61,733 bases of DNA from Acidobacteriota bacterium (GCA_021812805.1 JAKAMQ010000001.1:1-61733); one strand, 5' to 3'; numbered from the stretch's first letter, positions 28,139 to 38,135 are shown. Made by a program: numbers and translations. The notes: generated from the letters alone by a model not told the origin.

Positions 28139-29431
28139 CTACCGTCGCCCATAGACATAGCGTTGGTGCCAAAGATCGACTTGATGCTGAAGGTGGGATT
28201 CCAGGTCTCGCGTCTCGCCTTGAGGGCTCGAGGCAGGCGATGGGTCGGGAAGCTTCCTGAAGTCCAGGAGCGTGCTGAGAGCTAACGACTCCAACTCATC
28301 GGCCAGGGACTCCGCCCAATCGAACCAGGCTTTGAGCTCAACACTTGGCGCGGCCTGTTCTGCACTTCCCGCCATGCGAAGCCTGGCCTTCTGCAGAAAT
28401 GCGCGAATCTGCTCAGCCTGCTGGCAGTCTCGGATCCGACTGTCCAGGTCGAAAAGGTGCTGCGTGAGTTTCTTCTCCTCTGCGGCTTTGGCAGCGGCCC
28501 GCACCCTGGCTTCCTGGGCCTTCTTCTGCAGGCGTTCCTGTTCCAATCGGTCGCGATGTGCATGCTCAGCCAAGGCGACGGCTGAAAGCAGGAAGGCATC
28601 CAACTCGTCCTCGATCCGCAGCCGTTTCCCGTCCTTCCAACTGACCCTGATGCCACGCGCATAGGGTTCGGTGATCGCGAGCTTCAACTGCCCAGTGCCC
28701 TCGTTCCGATACTCTGGCATCGGCGTCTCTTCATAGGCCATCGGCCTCCGATTCCTGGGTGGCGGCGGAGTCGGAACTATTACCGTGCTGTAGTCCTCAT
28801 TCAATTCGAAGGCGACGAGCACCCCGAGGATCTTCACCACGGTTCGGCTGAGCTTGGCCGCGCGATACCCGTAGGAAGATTGGTCGCTGCCCGGAGGCAG
28901 CACCTCGACTTGGTATCCCTGTTTCTCGAAAGCACTGAACAGGTTCTGATAGATCTTGAGGGCCCGCTCCAGATGCGATGGCGAGACGTTGATGGCCAGA
29001 CATGGCTGCGTGGCACGCAGCCTCCCGGCATTCAAACCCGCCTTCTCCAGCATTCCCCGGTACTGGGCCAGGAGCGGATGCAATTCGGGCTCTATCGTGT
29101 TCTCGCCAAGGGTGGGGACACTGACGCCTTCCTCCGCCAGATGCTGGATGGTTTCCCGAGTCCATCGATCGGCCTCGCCACAATGGGCCTGGGTGATTCT
29201 GTGCTCAGTCGGTTGCCCGGCTTCCAGAAACGGCAACGAAATCCGTAGCAGCTTTCTTGTGGCCCGATTCTTAGCCCAGTAGCCCCGACCGGGCACAGGG
29301 ACATTCAGCTTCTTGCAGACCTTGGCCAGACCAACATCAGAGATCCCAAGCGCCTTGGAGAGTTGATGGATGGGCTCTGACCAGACGGCTTCGTACAGCT
29401 CCTCCCGCGTGATCTTCTCCGCGCTGAGCAT
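28139..29431 (-). CDS. Conserved integrase-associated hypothetical protein with N-terminal HTH
   Basis: TREELYEAVWSEP...GISDVGLAKVCKK..VPVPGRGYW, C-terminal coiled coil. GGGAGG RBS, 14-bp gap after the integrase. Confidence 0.75.
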   Translation of the reverse strand: MLSAEKITREELYEAVWSEPIHQLSKALGISDVGLAKVCKKLNVPVPGRGYWAKNRATRKLLRISLPFLEAGQPTEHRITQAHCGEADRWTRETIQHLAEEGVSVPTLGENTIEPELHPLLAQYRGMLEKAGLNAGRLRATQPCLAINVSPSHLERALKIYQNLFSAFEKQGYQVEVLPPGSDQSSYGYRAAKLSRTVVKILGVLVAFELNEDYSTVIVPTPPPPRNRRPMAYEETPMPEYRNEGTGQLKLAITEPYARGIRVSWKDGKRLRIEDELDAFLLSAVALAEHAHRDRLEQERLQKKAQEARVRAAAKAAEEKKLTQHLFDLDSRIRDCQQAEQIRAFLQKARLRMAGSAEQAAPSVELKAWFDWAESLADELESLALSTLLDFRKLPDPSPASSPQGETRDLESHLQHQVDLWHQRYVYGRR

Positions 29432-29445
29432 GTCGCCCTCCCAAG

Positions 29446-30936
29446 CTAGGCCTGATCGTCATCACCGACGGCCCGCTCCACCGTCCAGGTGGTGGTGGAA
29501 CCTCCAGTAGCGTCGTAGACCTTCGTTCCCTTCTTCTTGCCAGGCACTCTCAAAGGGACTGTGACGGGGCTGGTGGTGCCAACGGGGGCCTGGCTCTTGG
29601 CAGGTTCCAGGGGAAAGATCGGCGGAAGGAACTTGTTCACCTGCTCATGCAGCCAGGTCTTCCGGAGGTGACCGTAGTGCTTCTCCACCATGCGTGTGTC
29701 GGCATGACCCAGGATCTTCGCGACCGCCATCAACTCTGCACCAGCCATGACCAGAAGACTGGCGTATGAGTGGCGAAGGCAATGGAACGGGATGGGCTCG
29801 ATACCCGCGGCGTCACAGGCGGCACGGAAGGGGCGGAAGGTATGACTCTTTCCCCACTGCATGCCATCCGGCCGGAGGAAAACGAAATCGTTCCTCTTGC
29901 GCCCCTCCACCAGTTTCGCGAAGAAGCGGCACCCCTCCTCGGTCAGAGGGATCTCACGGGGCTGATAGGTCTTCGAGTCCTCGATCTTGATGTTCATGGC
30001 CTTCAGGTAGAGGTGATGAACCCGCAACATCCTCAGCTCACCGTAGCGGGCCCCCGTGTAGAGCGCCCCAGCAACCAGCTCACGCAGGCCAGCAGGGCAG
30101 GCCTCAAGCAGCTTTCGCTGTTCCTCAACCTCCAGGTAGCTGGTCCGAACGCCATCGGCCTTCTTGAAGGACTTGACCGCACGCCAGGCCCGGTCGTCGA
30201 TGGTGGGATCCTGCTCAACTTGGTGGTTCAGTGCGCCGCGCAGGATGGTGAGCACCCGATTGGCCGTGCTCTTTCGCTGACGTTTGAGCTCTTCCTTCAA
30301 GGTTTCCGGGTCCATGGACTCAGCCGCCAACGCCCACTTCCCTTTCGGCTTTCTGACCGATTTCGCGCTGACCTTCCTCGCTCGCTTGGGGACAGGCTTG
30401 GGTTTCAATCGACTGCGCCGAGGCGACTCCGCAATGCCATCGCGGAAAGCCTTGATGTCATCGATCGTCAAGTCCACCAAGCGCTTCAGAGCAATGGGGT
30501 CGCGGTAGATGTAGGTGAACGCGGCCTGCTCGGACGACTTCCCACTCTTGCCATCGGTCTTCAGGTAGTCGATGTAGATTTCCATGGCCTGGGAGACGAT
30601 GATGCTGTTCTTGCTGGGCCTGACTGCCACCTTCGCCTCGGCGGCCTCCTTGCTGCGCTTGAACCAATCACGGGCAGCCTCAACGGCCTGGAAGTAGGTC
30701 AGCACCTCCTTGCCATCCGCATCCTGCTGGTCGTCGGCGGTGCCGATGGATTCCTGCACCTTCTTGCGGGACTGCATGTCGGTCAGACGGGCCACCCAAT
30801 AGCCATCCTTGATGCCCTTGCGGTAGCCGACCTGCTGGCCTTCCCCGATGGCCACCCAGTAGGGCGCGTTCCTCGACGCCAGCTTGAGACGCGCGGTTTT
30901 GGACTCCAGTCCCGATTTCTTGGGTCGACCCGCCAT
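29446..30936 (-). CDS. Tyrosine recombinase/integrase with N-terminal arm-binding domain
   Basis: TGARYGE, SKT, HCLRHSYAS, LGH and HY catalytic residues. Confidence 0.93.
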   Translation of the reverse strand: MAGRPKKSGLESKTARLKLASRNAPYWVAIGEGQQVGYRKGIKDGYWVARLTDMQSRKKVQESIGTADDQQDADGKEVLTYFQAVEAARDWFKRSKEAAEAKVAVRPSKNSIIVSQAMEIYIDYLKTDGKSGKSSEQAAFTYIYRDPIALKRLVDLTIDDIKAFRDGIAESPRRSRLKPKPVPKRARKVSAKSVRKPKGKWALAAESMDPETLKEELKRQRKSTANRVLTILRGALNHQVEQDPTIDDRAWRAVKSFKKADGVRTSYLEVEEQRKLLEACPAGLRELVAGALYTGARYGELRMLRVHHLYLKAMNIKIEDSKTYQPREIPLTEEGCRFFAKLVEGRKRNDFVFLRPDGMQWGKSHTFRPFRAACDAAGIEPIPFHCLRHSYASLLVMAGAELMAVAKILGHADTRMVEKHYGHLRKTWLHEQVNKFLPPIFPLEPAKSQAPVGTTSPVTVPLRVPGKKKGTKVYDATGGSTTTWTVERAVGDDDQA

Positions 30937-30950
30937 GATTTGAACCTTTC

Positions 30951-30995
30951 AAAAACGCTCCCAAAACACTCCCAAAAACGCTCCCAAAACGCTCC
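30951..30995 (+). repeat. Four tandem AAAAC(G/A)CTCCC repeats, probable integrase arm-type sites
   Basis: aaaaacgctccc aaaacactccc aaaaacgctccc aaaacgctcc, between the integrase start and the att core. Confidence 0.65.
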
Positions 30996-31106
30996 AATTT
31001 GACTTCCATTTCCACTCTACGGCAGATTGGTCGATTCTCTAAAATATTATTTTCAATAGACTTTTCGCACATTAATAGAAGGAGTTAAACAGCCTTAGTT
31101 ACCCCT

Positions 31107-31150
31107 CTTTCACGGCGGTAACACGGGTTCAAATCCCGTTAGCCCTACCA
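31107..31150 (+). tRNA. 3' half of tRNA-Glu(TTC), att-site duplication and not a complete tRNA
   Basis: CTTTCACGGCGGTAACACGGGTTCAAATCCCGTTAGCCCTACCA: anticodon loop, T-arm and CCA, with no matching 5' half. Confidence 0.85.
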
Positions 31151-31167
31151 AAGCAATAACACGACTT

Positions 31168-31193
31168 AGATGCCGGAGTTCACTCCGGCATCT
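31168..31193 (+). terminator. Hairpin downstream of the tRNA 3' end
   Basis: AGATGCCGGAG-TTCA-CTCCGGCATCT, perfect 11-bp stem. Confidence 0.65.
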
Positions 31194-31366
31194 TGCGTTT
31201 GGGGCGGTCCCATCACCGGATCCCTGACGTGGTGCCGGAAAGGGTGGGCGCTTCCCGGGCCCCATACGAGGGGCTTTGGCGTTGATTGTTCCTCTCCGGA
31301 GACGTAGGCTGGTTCGTCATCTCATCTTCCAGACATGTCCACCATCTGCTCCCGCGGAGGCTTCGC

Positions 31367-34300
31367 ATGGGCCGGTCCCGCCTTTCCCTCGTTCTCGGCC
31401 TTCTGCTCGCTCCGGGCGGCTGCCTGTGGGCCCAGGTGCCGCCCCAGGCACTCCAGGCCCTCAAGCCGGTGGTCACCAAGGCGGTCGAGAAGCTGTTCAA
31501 ACCGCGGATGCAGGTGGCGTATTTCTACCTGGGCGGCATCAAGGCCACCCAGGTGGAGGCCGACTCGGGCGCCACGCCGGAGGCCTTCAGTGGAAGCGCC
31601 CTCTTCGACCTTCCTGCGCCCCTGGGGCCCCGCAAGCTCGCCTTCAAGGGCCTGACCCTGAAGGGCAGCACCGCGGAAGGCACCCTCGATGCGGCGTTGC
31701 AGGATGTTTCGGCGGTACACCAGGCCTGGACCTACCACCTCGCCCGCGTGGTGCTGTCCAACCAGGGGAACCGGGTGGAGGGCACCGCCACGCTGGCAGG
31801 CCTCAAGCTCGACCTGGCCCCCCTGGCCTTGACGCCCCAGGGCCTCACCGGCACCCTCGGCCCCCAGGATCTGCCCCTGGCCGTGGGCGCCTTCACGGCC
31901 ACCCTCCAGGCGGGCTCGGCCGTCTTCAGCCCCCAGGGCGTGCGGTTGCAGGGCCACCTTGTGGTGGCCATCGCCCCGCCGGTGCGTGACGGGCTCACGG
32001 GCGAGGGCATCCAGCTGGACGGCGGCGCCCGGGCCTTCGACAGCGCCCTGCTCGCAGGCACAGGCCCGGTGGCACCGGACTTGGCGTCGAACCTGTCCCT
32101 CGTCCACAAGGGGCATACGTGGCAGGTACAGGCCTTGGCGTTGGCGTTCGAGCGGGGCACGCCGGTGCTGAGCGGCCCCGTCCGCCTGGAGTTCCCCCTG
32201 AACGTTTTCTGCACCGTGGGCGCCACCGATCAGCCCTACCGCACGGGTCTGCTGCCGTGCAGCATCCGGGCCCAGGCGCCCGCCCCGCCCATCGAGGCCG
32301 CCCGGGCGGTACCCGGACTGCCCGGAGTGGCCCAGGTGGCGGCCGCTTCGCAGCCGACCACCGGCGCATCCGGAGGGTGGGAGGGCTTCAGCGGCAGCTT
32401 CCCCCTGCCCGCGGCGGCCCTGGTCCCCTCGGGCCTCACGGCCTACCGCCTCGACGTGGATCACGGCGTGGTCCGGGTGGACAAGGGCCACCTGGATCCC
32501 GGTGGCACCCGGCTGACGGGCCGCCTTTCCTGGGGCCCGGGGTTCACCCAGGGCGTCCTCTTCACGGATGCCGAAGCGTCCCTGTCGGATGGCCTCTACG
32601 CCTGCAGTGGGCCCCTCCAGGCGCCCGCCGAGGTTGGGGCCTACCGGGTGCTCGCACCCCAGATCCCGCTCCTCTGCGACTTTTCGCCCTCCCAATCACC
32701 GGACGGGCTCCCGGGTGCCTGGATGGGCGTGTTCGTGCCCGCCTACGGCCTGGCCCTGCCCCAGGAACTGTTCACCTTCACGGCCTCCTGGCAGCGGCTT
32801 GCGGTGGTGGTGGCCAGCCAGGACGGCCGCTTCGAGGGGGATGGTTCCTTCTCCGGCTCCGTCGCGGTCGCCCTCGCCGATCCCATCAACCTCCACATCG
32901 CGCCCGTCCAGTTGGATCCGTTCGAGCTCCACTTCCTGGATGGCACACTGCTGCACGGCCCGGAAGTGAAGGGACAGCTGGAAATGACCGTCCCGGGCCT
33001 CCTGAAGAGTTTCAAGGCGCCGATCCAGTTCCGCCTCACCCAGAACGGAGCGGAGCAGATCGAGATCAACACCCAGACGCCCCAGGGGCCCATGGGGGTC
33101 ACCACCCATCTCGTGGGCATCACCATGGTCATGGATTCGGCACGCCTGAATCCCACCAACATGGATTTCACCGGCCGCTTCGAATTCGACATCGAGGGCG
33201 CGGCCCTGCCTGCGGTGCCTTTCGACCACCTGGTCATGGAAGCCAGCGGCGCGGGCATTGACGGGAGCAGCGGTCCCCTGACGCTGGCCCTCAAGGGTTC
33301 GCGCTGGGCCGATGTGCCGGACCAGCCCCTGGTGAACCTCTGGGGCTTCCCCATGTCGCTCGGCGAGGCCGGCTACGGCGTGGATGGGGACAAGCGTTTC
33401 TACGTCGGCGTCGGCGGGAACATGGAGATCAATCCCATGCTTCCGACCTTCTACAACCGCCTGCTCTTCACCACGGACTCCAAGGACAGCTCCAAAGGCA
33501 TCCTGGAGCTGGAGAAGCCGTACTCCGTGGACCAGAGTGTGGCCTCGCTCGGCTCCTTCCAGGCGCAGGTGGGCTTCCATGTGGAGACCGCGGATGACAA
33601 GGTCAGCGATGCCTACTTCATGGGGGATGGCGCCCTGAAGGTCAACGTGGGAGATGTCCCGTTCAGCCTGAAGGCCGGTTTGCGGTTCGGCCGCGGCTAC
33701 CAGGGCGGCCAGTCCTTCCCCTACTTTTTCGCCCTGGGCCAATTCGAGGCCCCCAGCAATGGCATCCCCGTCTCTCCCGATCTGGAGATCTACGGCTTGG
33801 CCGGCGGCCTGGCCCAGAACTTCCTGCCGGATGACATCCGCGACACCGAGCACATCAAGGGCAAACCCGACCCCTCCCTCGGGATCGCCGTCATGGCGGG
33901 CGTGGCTGTGGGCACCTCGGACCAGTTCACCTTCCACGGCGATCTGGATCTCTACATCAGCCAGAACCTCACCACGCTCCTCCAGGGCAAGGGCTGGCTC
34001 TTCTGCAGCCGCACGAAGCAGCCCAGCGACAACCAGGTGTCCGCGGATCTCCGGTTCACCCGGAACCCCGACGCCTTCCAGGCCACCCTCGCCGCTGACC
34101 TGAGCCTCTGCAAAGGGGCCCTGCGACCCATGGGGCAGGTGGAGATGCTCTTCTCCCCCGACAAGAAATACGTGCATGTGGGTACCAAGGATGCCCCCAT
34201 CCGCGTCAAGTTCCTCAGCGCCTTCGAGGGCTCAGGCTACATCACCGCCGACTTCGCCCATGGCACCTCCACGTTCGGCGCGGGCGGGGCGATCAGCTAT

Positions 34301-34615
34301 TCCAAGAACGGGAATTTCGGCATCCTCTGGGGCAATGCGTACCTGAACGCCCACGGCGACCTGCTCATCACCATCGACGCCGACAAGAACCCCCATTTCC
34401 TCGGCACCCTGGGGGCCGAGGGCGGCGCCGCCTTCGGCATGGAGTTCGACACCTTCTGGCACGACTACAAGATCACGATCTTCAGCGGCAGCATCGCCGC
34501 CAATCTGGCATTCCAGGCTCCCGGAAGTCCCACACTGTCGGGCGCGGTGAGCATCCACTACAGCGTGCTCGGCGGCGCCTTCTCCGGTTCCGTTGACGCC
34601 CACATGGACATGTGA
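31367..34615 (+). CDS. Large secreted beta-rich hypothetical protein (about 1082 aa)
   Basis: GGAGG RBS, signal peptide ending LWAQ, Gly/aromatic beta-strand pattern, strong GC3 bias. Confidence 0.85.
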   Translation: MGRSRLSLVLGLLLAPGGCLWAQVPPQALQALKPVVTKAVEKLFKPRMQVAYFYLGGIKATQVEADSGATPEAFSGSALFDLPAPLGPRKLAFKGLTLKGSTAEGTLDAALQDVSAVHQAWTYHLARVVLSNQGNRVEGTATLAGLKLDLAPLALTPQGLTGTLGPQDLPLAVGAFTATLQAGSAVFSPQGVRLQGHLVVAIAPPVRDGLTGEGIQLDGGARAFDSALLAGTGPVAPDLASNLSLVHKGHTWQVQALALAFERGTPVLSGPVRLEFPLNVFCTVGATDQPYRTGLLPCSIRAQAPAPPIEAARAVPGLPGVAQVAAASQPTTGASGGWEGFSGSFPLPAAALVPSGLTAYRLDVDHGVVRVDKGHLDPGGTRLTGRLSWGPGFTQGVLFTDAEASLSDGLYACSGPLQAPAEVGAYRVLAPQIPLLCDFSPSQSPDGLPGAWMGVFVPAYGLALPQELFTFTASWQRLAVVVASQDGRFEGDGSFSGSVAVALADPINLHIAPVQLDPFELHFLDGTLLHGPEVKGQLEMTVPGLLKSFKAPIQFRLTQNGAEQIEINTQTPQGPMGVTTHLVGITMVMDSARLNPTNMDFTGRFEFDIEGAALPAVPFDHLVMEASGAGIDGSSGPLTLALKGSRWADVPDQPLVNLWGFPMSLGEAGYGVDGDKRFYVGVGGNMEINPMLPTFYNRLLFTTDSKDSSKGILELEKPYSVDQSVASLGSFQAQVGFHVETADDKVSDAYFMGDGALKVNVGDVPFSLKAGLRFGRGYQGGQSFPYFFALGQFEAPSNGIPVSPDLEIYGLAGGLAQNFLPDDIRDTEHIKGKPDPSLGIAVMAGVAVGTSDQFTFHGDLDLYISQNLTTLLQGKGWLFCSRTKQPSDNQVSADLRFTRNPDAFQATLAADLSLCKGALRPMGQVEMLFSPDKKYVHVGTKDAPIRVKFLSAFEGSGYITADFAHGTSTFGAGGAISYSKNGNFGILWGNAYLNAHGDLLITIDADKNPHFLGTLGAEGGAAFGMEFDTFWHDYKITIFSGSIAANLAFQAPGSPTLSGAVSIHYSVLGGAFSGSVDAHMDM

Positions 34616-34626
34616 GGGAGTCCGCC

Positions 34627-37600
34627 ATGATCCGCTCCGCCCTCATTCCCGGCCTCCTGCTCGCGACCACCGGCCTCCAGGCCCAGATCGCGGCCTCCAC
34701 GATCCAACCGGCCTTCCACCTCGGCTCCGTCCTTCCCGCCAACCTGCTGCCCGCAGGCAAGACGGTGGGCACCTTCCACCTCACGGGCCTCGTCCGCCCG
34801 GATCGCACCGTGGTGCTCCGCTGGGCCAACGACCAGGGCGAGATGCCCACGGAAGGGGTGCATGTCTTCCGCCAGAAGGTGGGGCAATCTGACTGGAAGG
34901 ATCTCACCCGCCGGAAGCCCATCGGCTTCCTCCAGGGCAAGGCCGCCCTGAAGGGCCTCAAAGCCCTCCCCCGGGAGGACCGGGAGGGGTTCCTGGCCTA
35001 CCCCTTCGGCAACGTGCAGCATGATCTCACCACCCGCCTGCGCCTGCCGAACCCCGTGGCCTCCGGACCCGCGCGCGCCAGCGACCTCTCGCCCGAGAAG
35101 ACCCTTCAGGCTTTCCGCGCCCTCCGGGCCTCCGGCCAGCTCAACCGGTCCGACCTTCAGCTCATGGACGTGCGCGCCGACGCGGACGGGAACCTGGCCG
35201 AAGCCCTTGGCCTTTCCTACACCGATGACCCGGGCAGGGGCGAATTCCGCTACAAGATCGTGGTCATGCTGCCGGAAGGCGGCTCGATGGAGGCCATCGC
35301 CCCCCAGGTGTTCAACACCCGGATCCCCACCCCGGTGCCCCAGCCCACCGATCTCACGGCCACCAGCGGCAACGGCGAGGTGCTGCTCAATTGGGACGCT
35401 CCGCCCTCGGATGCGGTGGCGGGCTACAACATCTACCGGGCGGAAAGCCCCAGCGGACCCTGGACGCGCTTGAACACCGACCTCGTCAAGCAGGTGCAGC
35501 TGGAGATCGAGGATCCCCAGGTGACCCTGCGCCGCGCCATGGGCCTCCAGGACGCCATGGCGCGCATGCTCCACCCGCTGCCTCCCGCGGCGCGCACACC
35601 CCAGAAGGTGGCCGACGCCGAACGGATGGCCTACGCGCAGATCCAGCAGCCTGGCGCCCTCCCGGTCCTCAGCCCCCAGGTTGCGAACGCCATCCAGGCG
35701 GAGGTGGCCGCCGGGCACCTCCGCCCGGGAGGGCTCCAGGCCCCCCGTTCGCTCTACACGGACAGCCGCCGGACCGAGGGCAACACCCTGCAGAATGAAC
35801 ACACCTACCAGTACCGGGTGGTCGCGGTGGACATCGGGGGGCGCGAGCAGCCCACGGAAACAGCGCCGGTGGTGGCCGGCACCCCCAGGGATCTGGACCC
35901 GCCCCAGGTGCCCGGGCAGCCCATGCTGGCCGGAGAAGTGACCGCCCGGACAGCCTTGAATGCCGCCCAGGTCGCCCGGGCCCGGGATTCCAAGCTTCTG
36001 GCCCTGGATCAGGCAACGCAGGCCCGCGGGCCCCAGATCAACCGGGCCTTCACGCCCATCGGCTCACCGGGCGCCTTCCCCGTCGCGGCCTCTCCTGCCG
36101 CGACCACGGGCCTGTCCCTGGCCGAGACCCGACAGCTCAAGCTGGCGCGGATCGCCGCCACCATGCCGGTCGGCGCCCTGAAGCAGTTGGGCGAGGCCAG
36201 TGTGGTCCACTCCAACCCGGATGGCAGCGTGCCCCCCGCCCACCTCGTCTGGACGCCCTCGCCGGATCCCGATCTGCAGGGCTACCAGCTGTTCCGGGCG
36301 CGAGGGGAGGATGCCTTCCAGAAGATGGCCGACACCTCGACACCGGACTGGACGGATACCACCCTCGCCGTCGGCCAGACCTACCGCTACGTGGTCAGCG
36401 CCGTGGACAAACTGGGCAACGTGAGCGCCCAGTCCCCCGAAGGCCGCATCGAGGTGAGTGACAGCCAGCTGCCAGGCCGCCTGGCGGTGCCGGGGCTGGC
36501 GGGCCAGGTGGTGCAGGATCTTCCGGCCAAGACGGTCCTCCGCAGGCTCTTCCGCCCGGCCAACCAGATCATGGCCTCAGGCACCCTCGGGGCCCTGCAT
36601 TCACCCATCCAGGTCAGGATGGCCTCCACCGCCACCATCACCACCTTCCACCCACCCAAGACCTTCCTGCCGCCCAGGGCATTGGCGGCCCCGATGCTCG
36701 CACGGGCCACCGCGCCGGCCATCCCGGGGATCATCAAGCTTCCCGCGGCCACGCTCCAGGCTGGCCAGCTCGCCGCCCAGATCAAGCCGGTCTTCCTCAG
36801 GATCCCGCGCAGCTTCAATCCCATGCTGGCTCCGCCCGAGACGCCGAAGCAGCTCCAGGTTCTCCTCACCTGGAGCCGGCCGCTCGAAGGGGTCCCGCTG
36901 CACTACGACATCGAGGAAGCGCCCCAGCTCATGCAGATCGTCAGCAACCCTCGGCCACCCCTCGCCTTCCAGGACGCATTCCAGGTATTCGCGGCGGCCT
37001 CATCTCCTCACCCGGCTGTTTCCATCCTGCCGGTGAACCGCCTTGCGGGATCGCCCCCCACCGGGTTCCAGGCCACGGCCCAGGATCCCATCGTCATCAA
37101 CCCCGCCCTGCGCGCCTCGGTGCTCAAGGGCCTGGTCGCGACGGCGGGGACGGGGTTGCGGGTGGCCACCAGCCGGGCGAACGCCTGGGCCACCCTGGCG
37201 CCCATGGGCGGCCCCGGCGCCTTCAGCCGCATCAACGACACGCCGGTCACCACGGAACGCTATGCGGTGGTCTTTCCCGCCGAGGCCTCGCAGTACGGCG
37301 GAGCCACCTTCTACTTCCGGGTGCGGGCCTACACCCTGGAATTCGGCCACACCGTCGCCGGCCCGGTAAGCGCGCCCATCGAGGTCCACCTGCCTGACAT
37401 CCTGCCCCCGCCCAGCCCCGTCATCGGGGCCGTGGACCTGCGGGAGCACTCCGATAACGGCCTGGATGCGGCGCTCAGCTGGACCCAGCCGGCCGCCCGG
37501 GATCTCTCAGGCGTGCTGGTGGACCGGCAGACCATGACCTACACCCTGGTCGGCGGGGAAGCCCAGGCCGGCGCGCCGAAGGGGACGCCGACCCGCCTCA

Positions 37601-38001
37601 CCCCAGCGCCCGTCACAGGCCTCGCCTTCACGGACTCAAAGGTACCGCCGGGGTACCAGCGCTACACCTTCCGGTCGGTGGATCACACCGGGAACACCAG
37701 CAAGGCCGTCGGCTTCCTGGACATCCTGGTACCCGGCGAACCCCAGCCCGGGGCCCCGGGCCAGGTCGGGATCCAAGGCAACCGCCTGGTGTGGCAGGCG
37801 GCGCAGGATGCAGCGGGGTACACCGTCTGGCGCTCCTTCACCGGCCAGGATGGCGATTGGACCTGCATCAGCGGCATCCTCGCGCCCTCCGCGACCAGCT
37901 TCCCCCTCCCCGCCACCGGCGATCTGCATCTGCGCGTGGTGGCCCGGAGCCCCAGCGGGATGTGGACCACCCCCAGCCAGGCCGTCGAGCGCAAGCTCTG
38001 A
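34627..38001 (+). CDS. Secreted fibronectin type III multi-domain protein (about 1124 aa)
   Basis: Signal peptide and repeated Fn3 motifs (LNWDAP..GYNIYR, TYQYRVVAVD, TYRYVVSAVD..GN.S). Confidence 0.85.
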   Translation: MIRSALIPGLLLATTGLQAQIAASTIQPAFHLGSVLPANLLPAGKTVGTFHLTGLVRPDRTVVLRWANDQGEMPTEGVHVFRQKVGQSDWKDLTRRKPIGFLQGKAALKGLKALPREDREGFLAYPFGNVQHDLTTRLRLPNPVASGPARASDLSPEKTLQAFRALRASGQLNRSDLQLMDVRADADGNLAEALGLSYTDDPGRGEFRYKIVVMLPEGGSMEAIAPQVFNTRIPTPVPQPTDLTATSGNGEVLLNWDAPPSDAVAGYNIYRAESPSGPWTRLNTDLVKQVQLEIEDPQVTLRRAMGLQDAMARMLHPLPPAARTPQKVADAERMAYAQIQQPGALPVLSPQVANAIQAEVAAGHLRPGGLQAPRSLYTDSRRTEGNTLQNEHTYQYRVVAVDIGGREQPTETAPVVAGTPRDLDPPQVPGQPMLAGEVTARTALNAAQVARARDSKLLALDQATQARGPQINRAFTPIGSPGAFPVAASPAATTGLSLAETRQLKLARIAATMPVGALKQLGEASVVHSNPDGSVPPAHLVWTPSPDPDLQGYQLFRARGEDAFQKMADTSTPDWTDTTLAVGQTYRYVVSAVDKLGNVSAQSPEGRIEVSDSQLPGRLAVPGLAGQVVQDLPAKTVLRRLFRPANQIMASGTLGALHSPIQVRMASTATITTFHPPKTFLPPRALAAPMLARATAPAIPGIIKLPAATLQAGQLAAQIKPVFLRIPRSFNPMLAPPETPKQLQVLLTWSRPLEGVPLHYDIEEAPQLMQIVSNPRPPLAFQDAFQVFAAASSPHPAVSILPVNRLAGSPPTGFQATAQDPIVINPALRASVLKGLVATAGTGLRVATSRANAWATLAPMGGPGAFSRINDTPVTTERYAVVFPAEASQYGGATFYFRVRAYTLEFGHTVAGPVSAPIEVHLPDILPPPSPVIGAVDLREHSDNGLDAALSWTQPAARDLSGVLVDRQTMTYTLVGGEAQAGAPKGTPTRLTPAPVTGLAFTDSKVPPGYQRYTFRSVDHTGNTSKAVGFLDILVPGEPQPGAPGQVGIQGNRLVWQAAQDAAGYTVWRSFTGQDGDWTCISGILAPSATSFPLPATGDLHLRVVARSPSGMWTTPSQAVERKL

Positions 38002-38007
38002 CGTACA

Positions 38008-38055
38008 CGAGGGGGGGACCACCTGCTCGCCTTCGGCTCGCGAGGTCCCCCCTCG
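38008..38055. repeat. REP-like hairpin
   Basis: CGAGGGGGGGACC ... GGTCCCCCCTCG; related to 39684-39729. Confidence 0.45.
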
Positions 38056-38135
38056 CACACCTCGTCTGATCCCCATCCTGCGGGCGCCTCCAGGCTCGTT
38101 CCAGGGCGTTCACACCAGGCGGCTACACTGGCCCC

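Larger units (their letters stand above)
1..31150. mobile_element. Integrative genomic island (right portion) inserted at tRNA-Glu; left end lies outside the window
   Basis: Tyrosine integrase next to a 3' tRNA-Glu fragment, cargo of metal-resistance, TA, defence and transposon genes, and patches of lower GC than the flanking core genes. Confidence 0.8.

Noticed and set aside
31070-31150. Complete tRNA-Glu gene
   Set aside because: The upstream sequence cannot form the acceptor, D or anticodon stems; only the 3' half is present.
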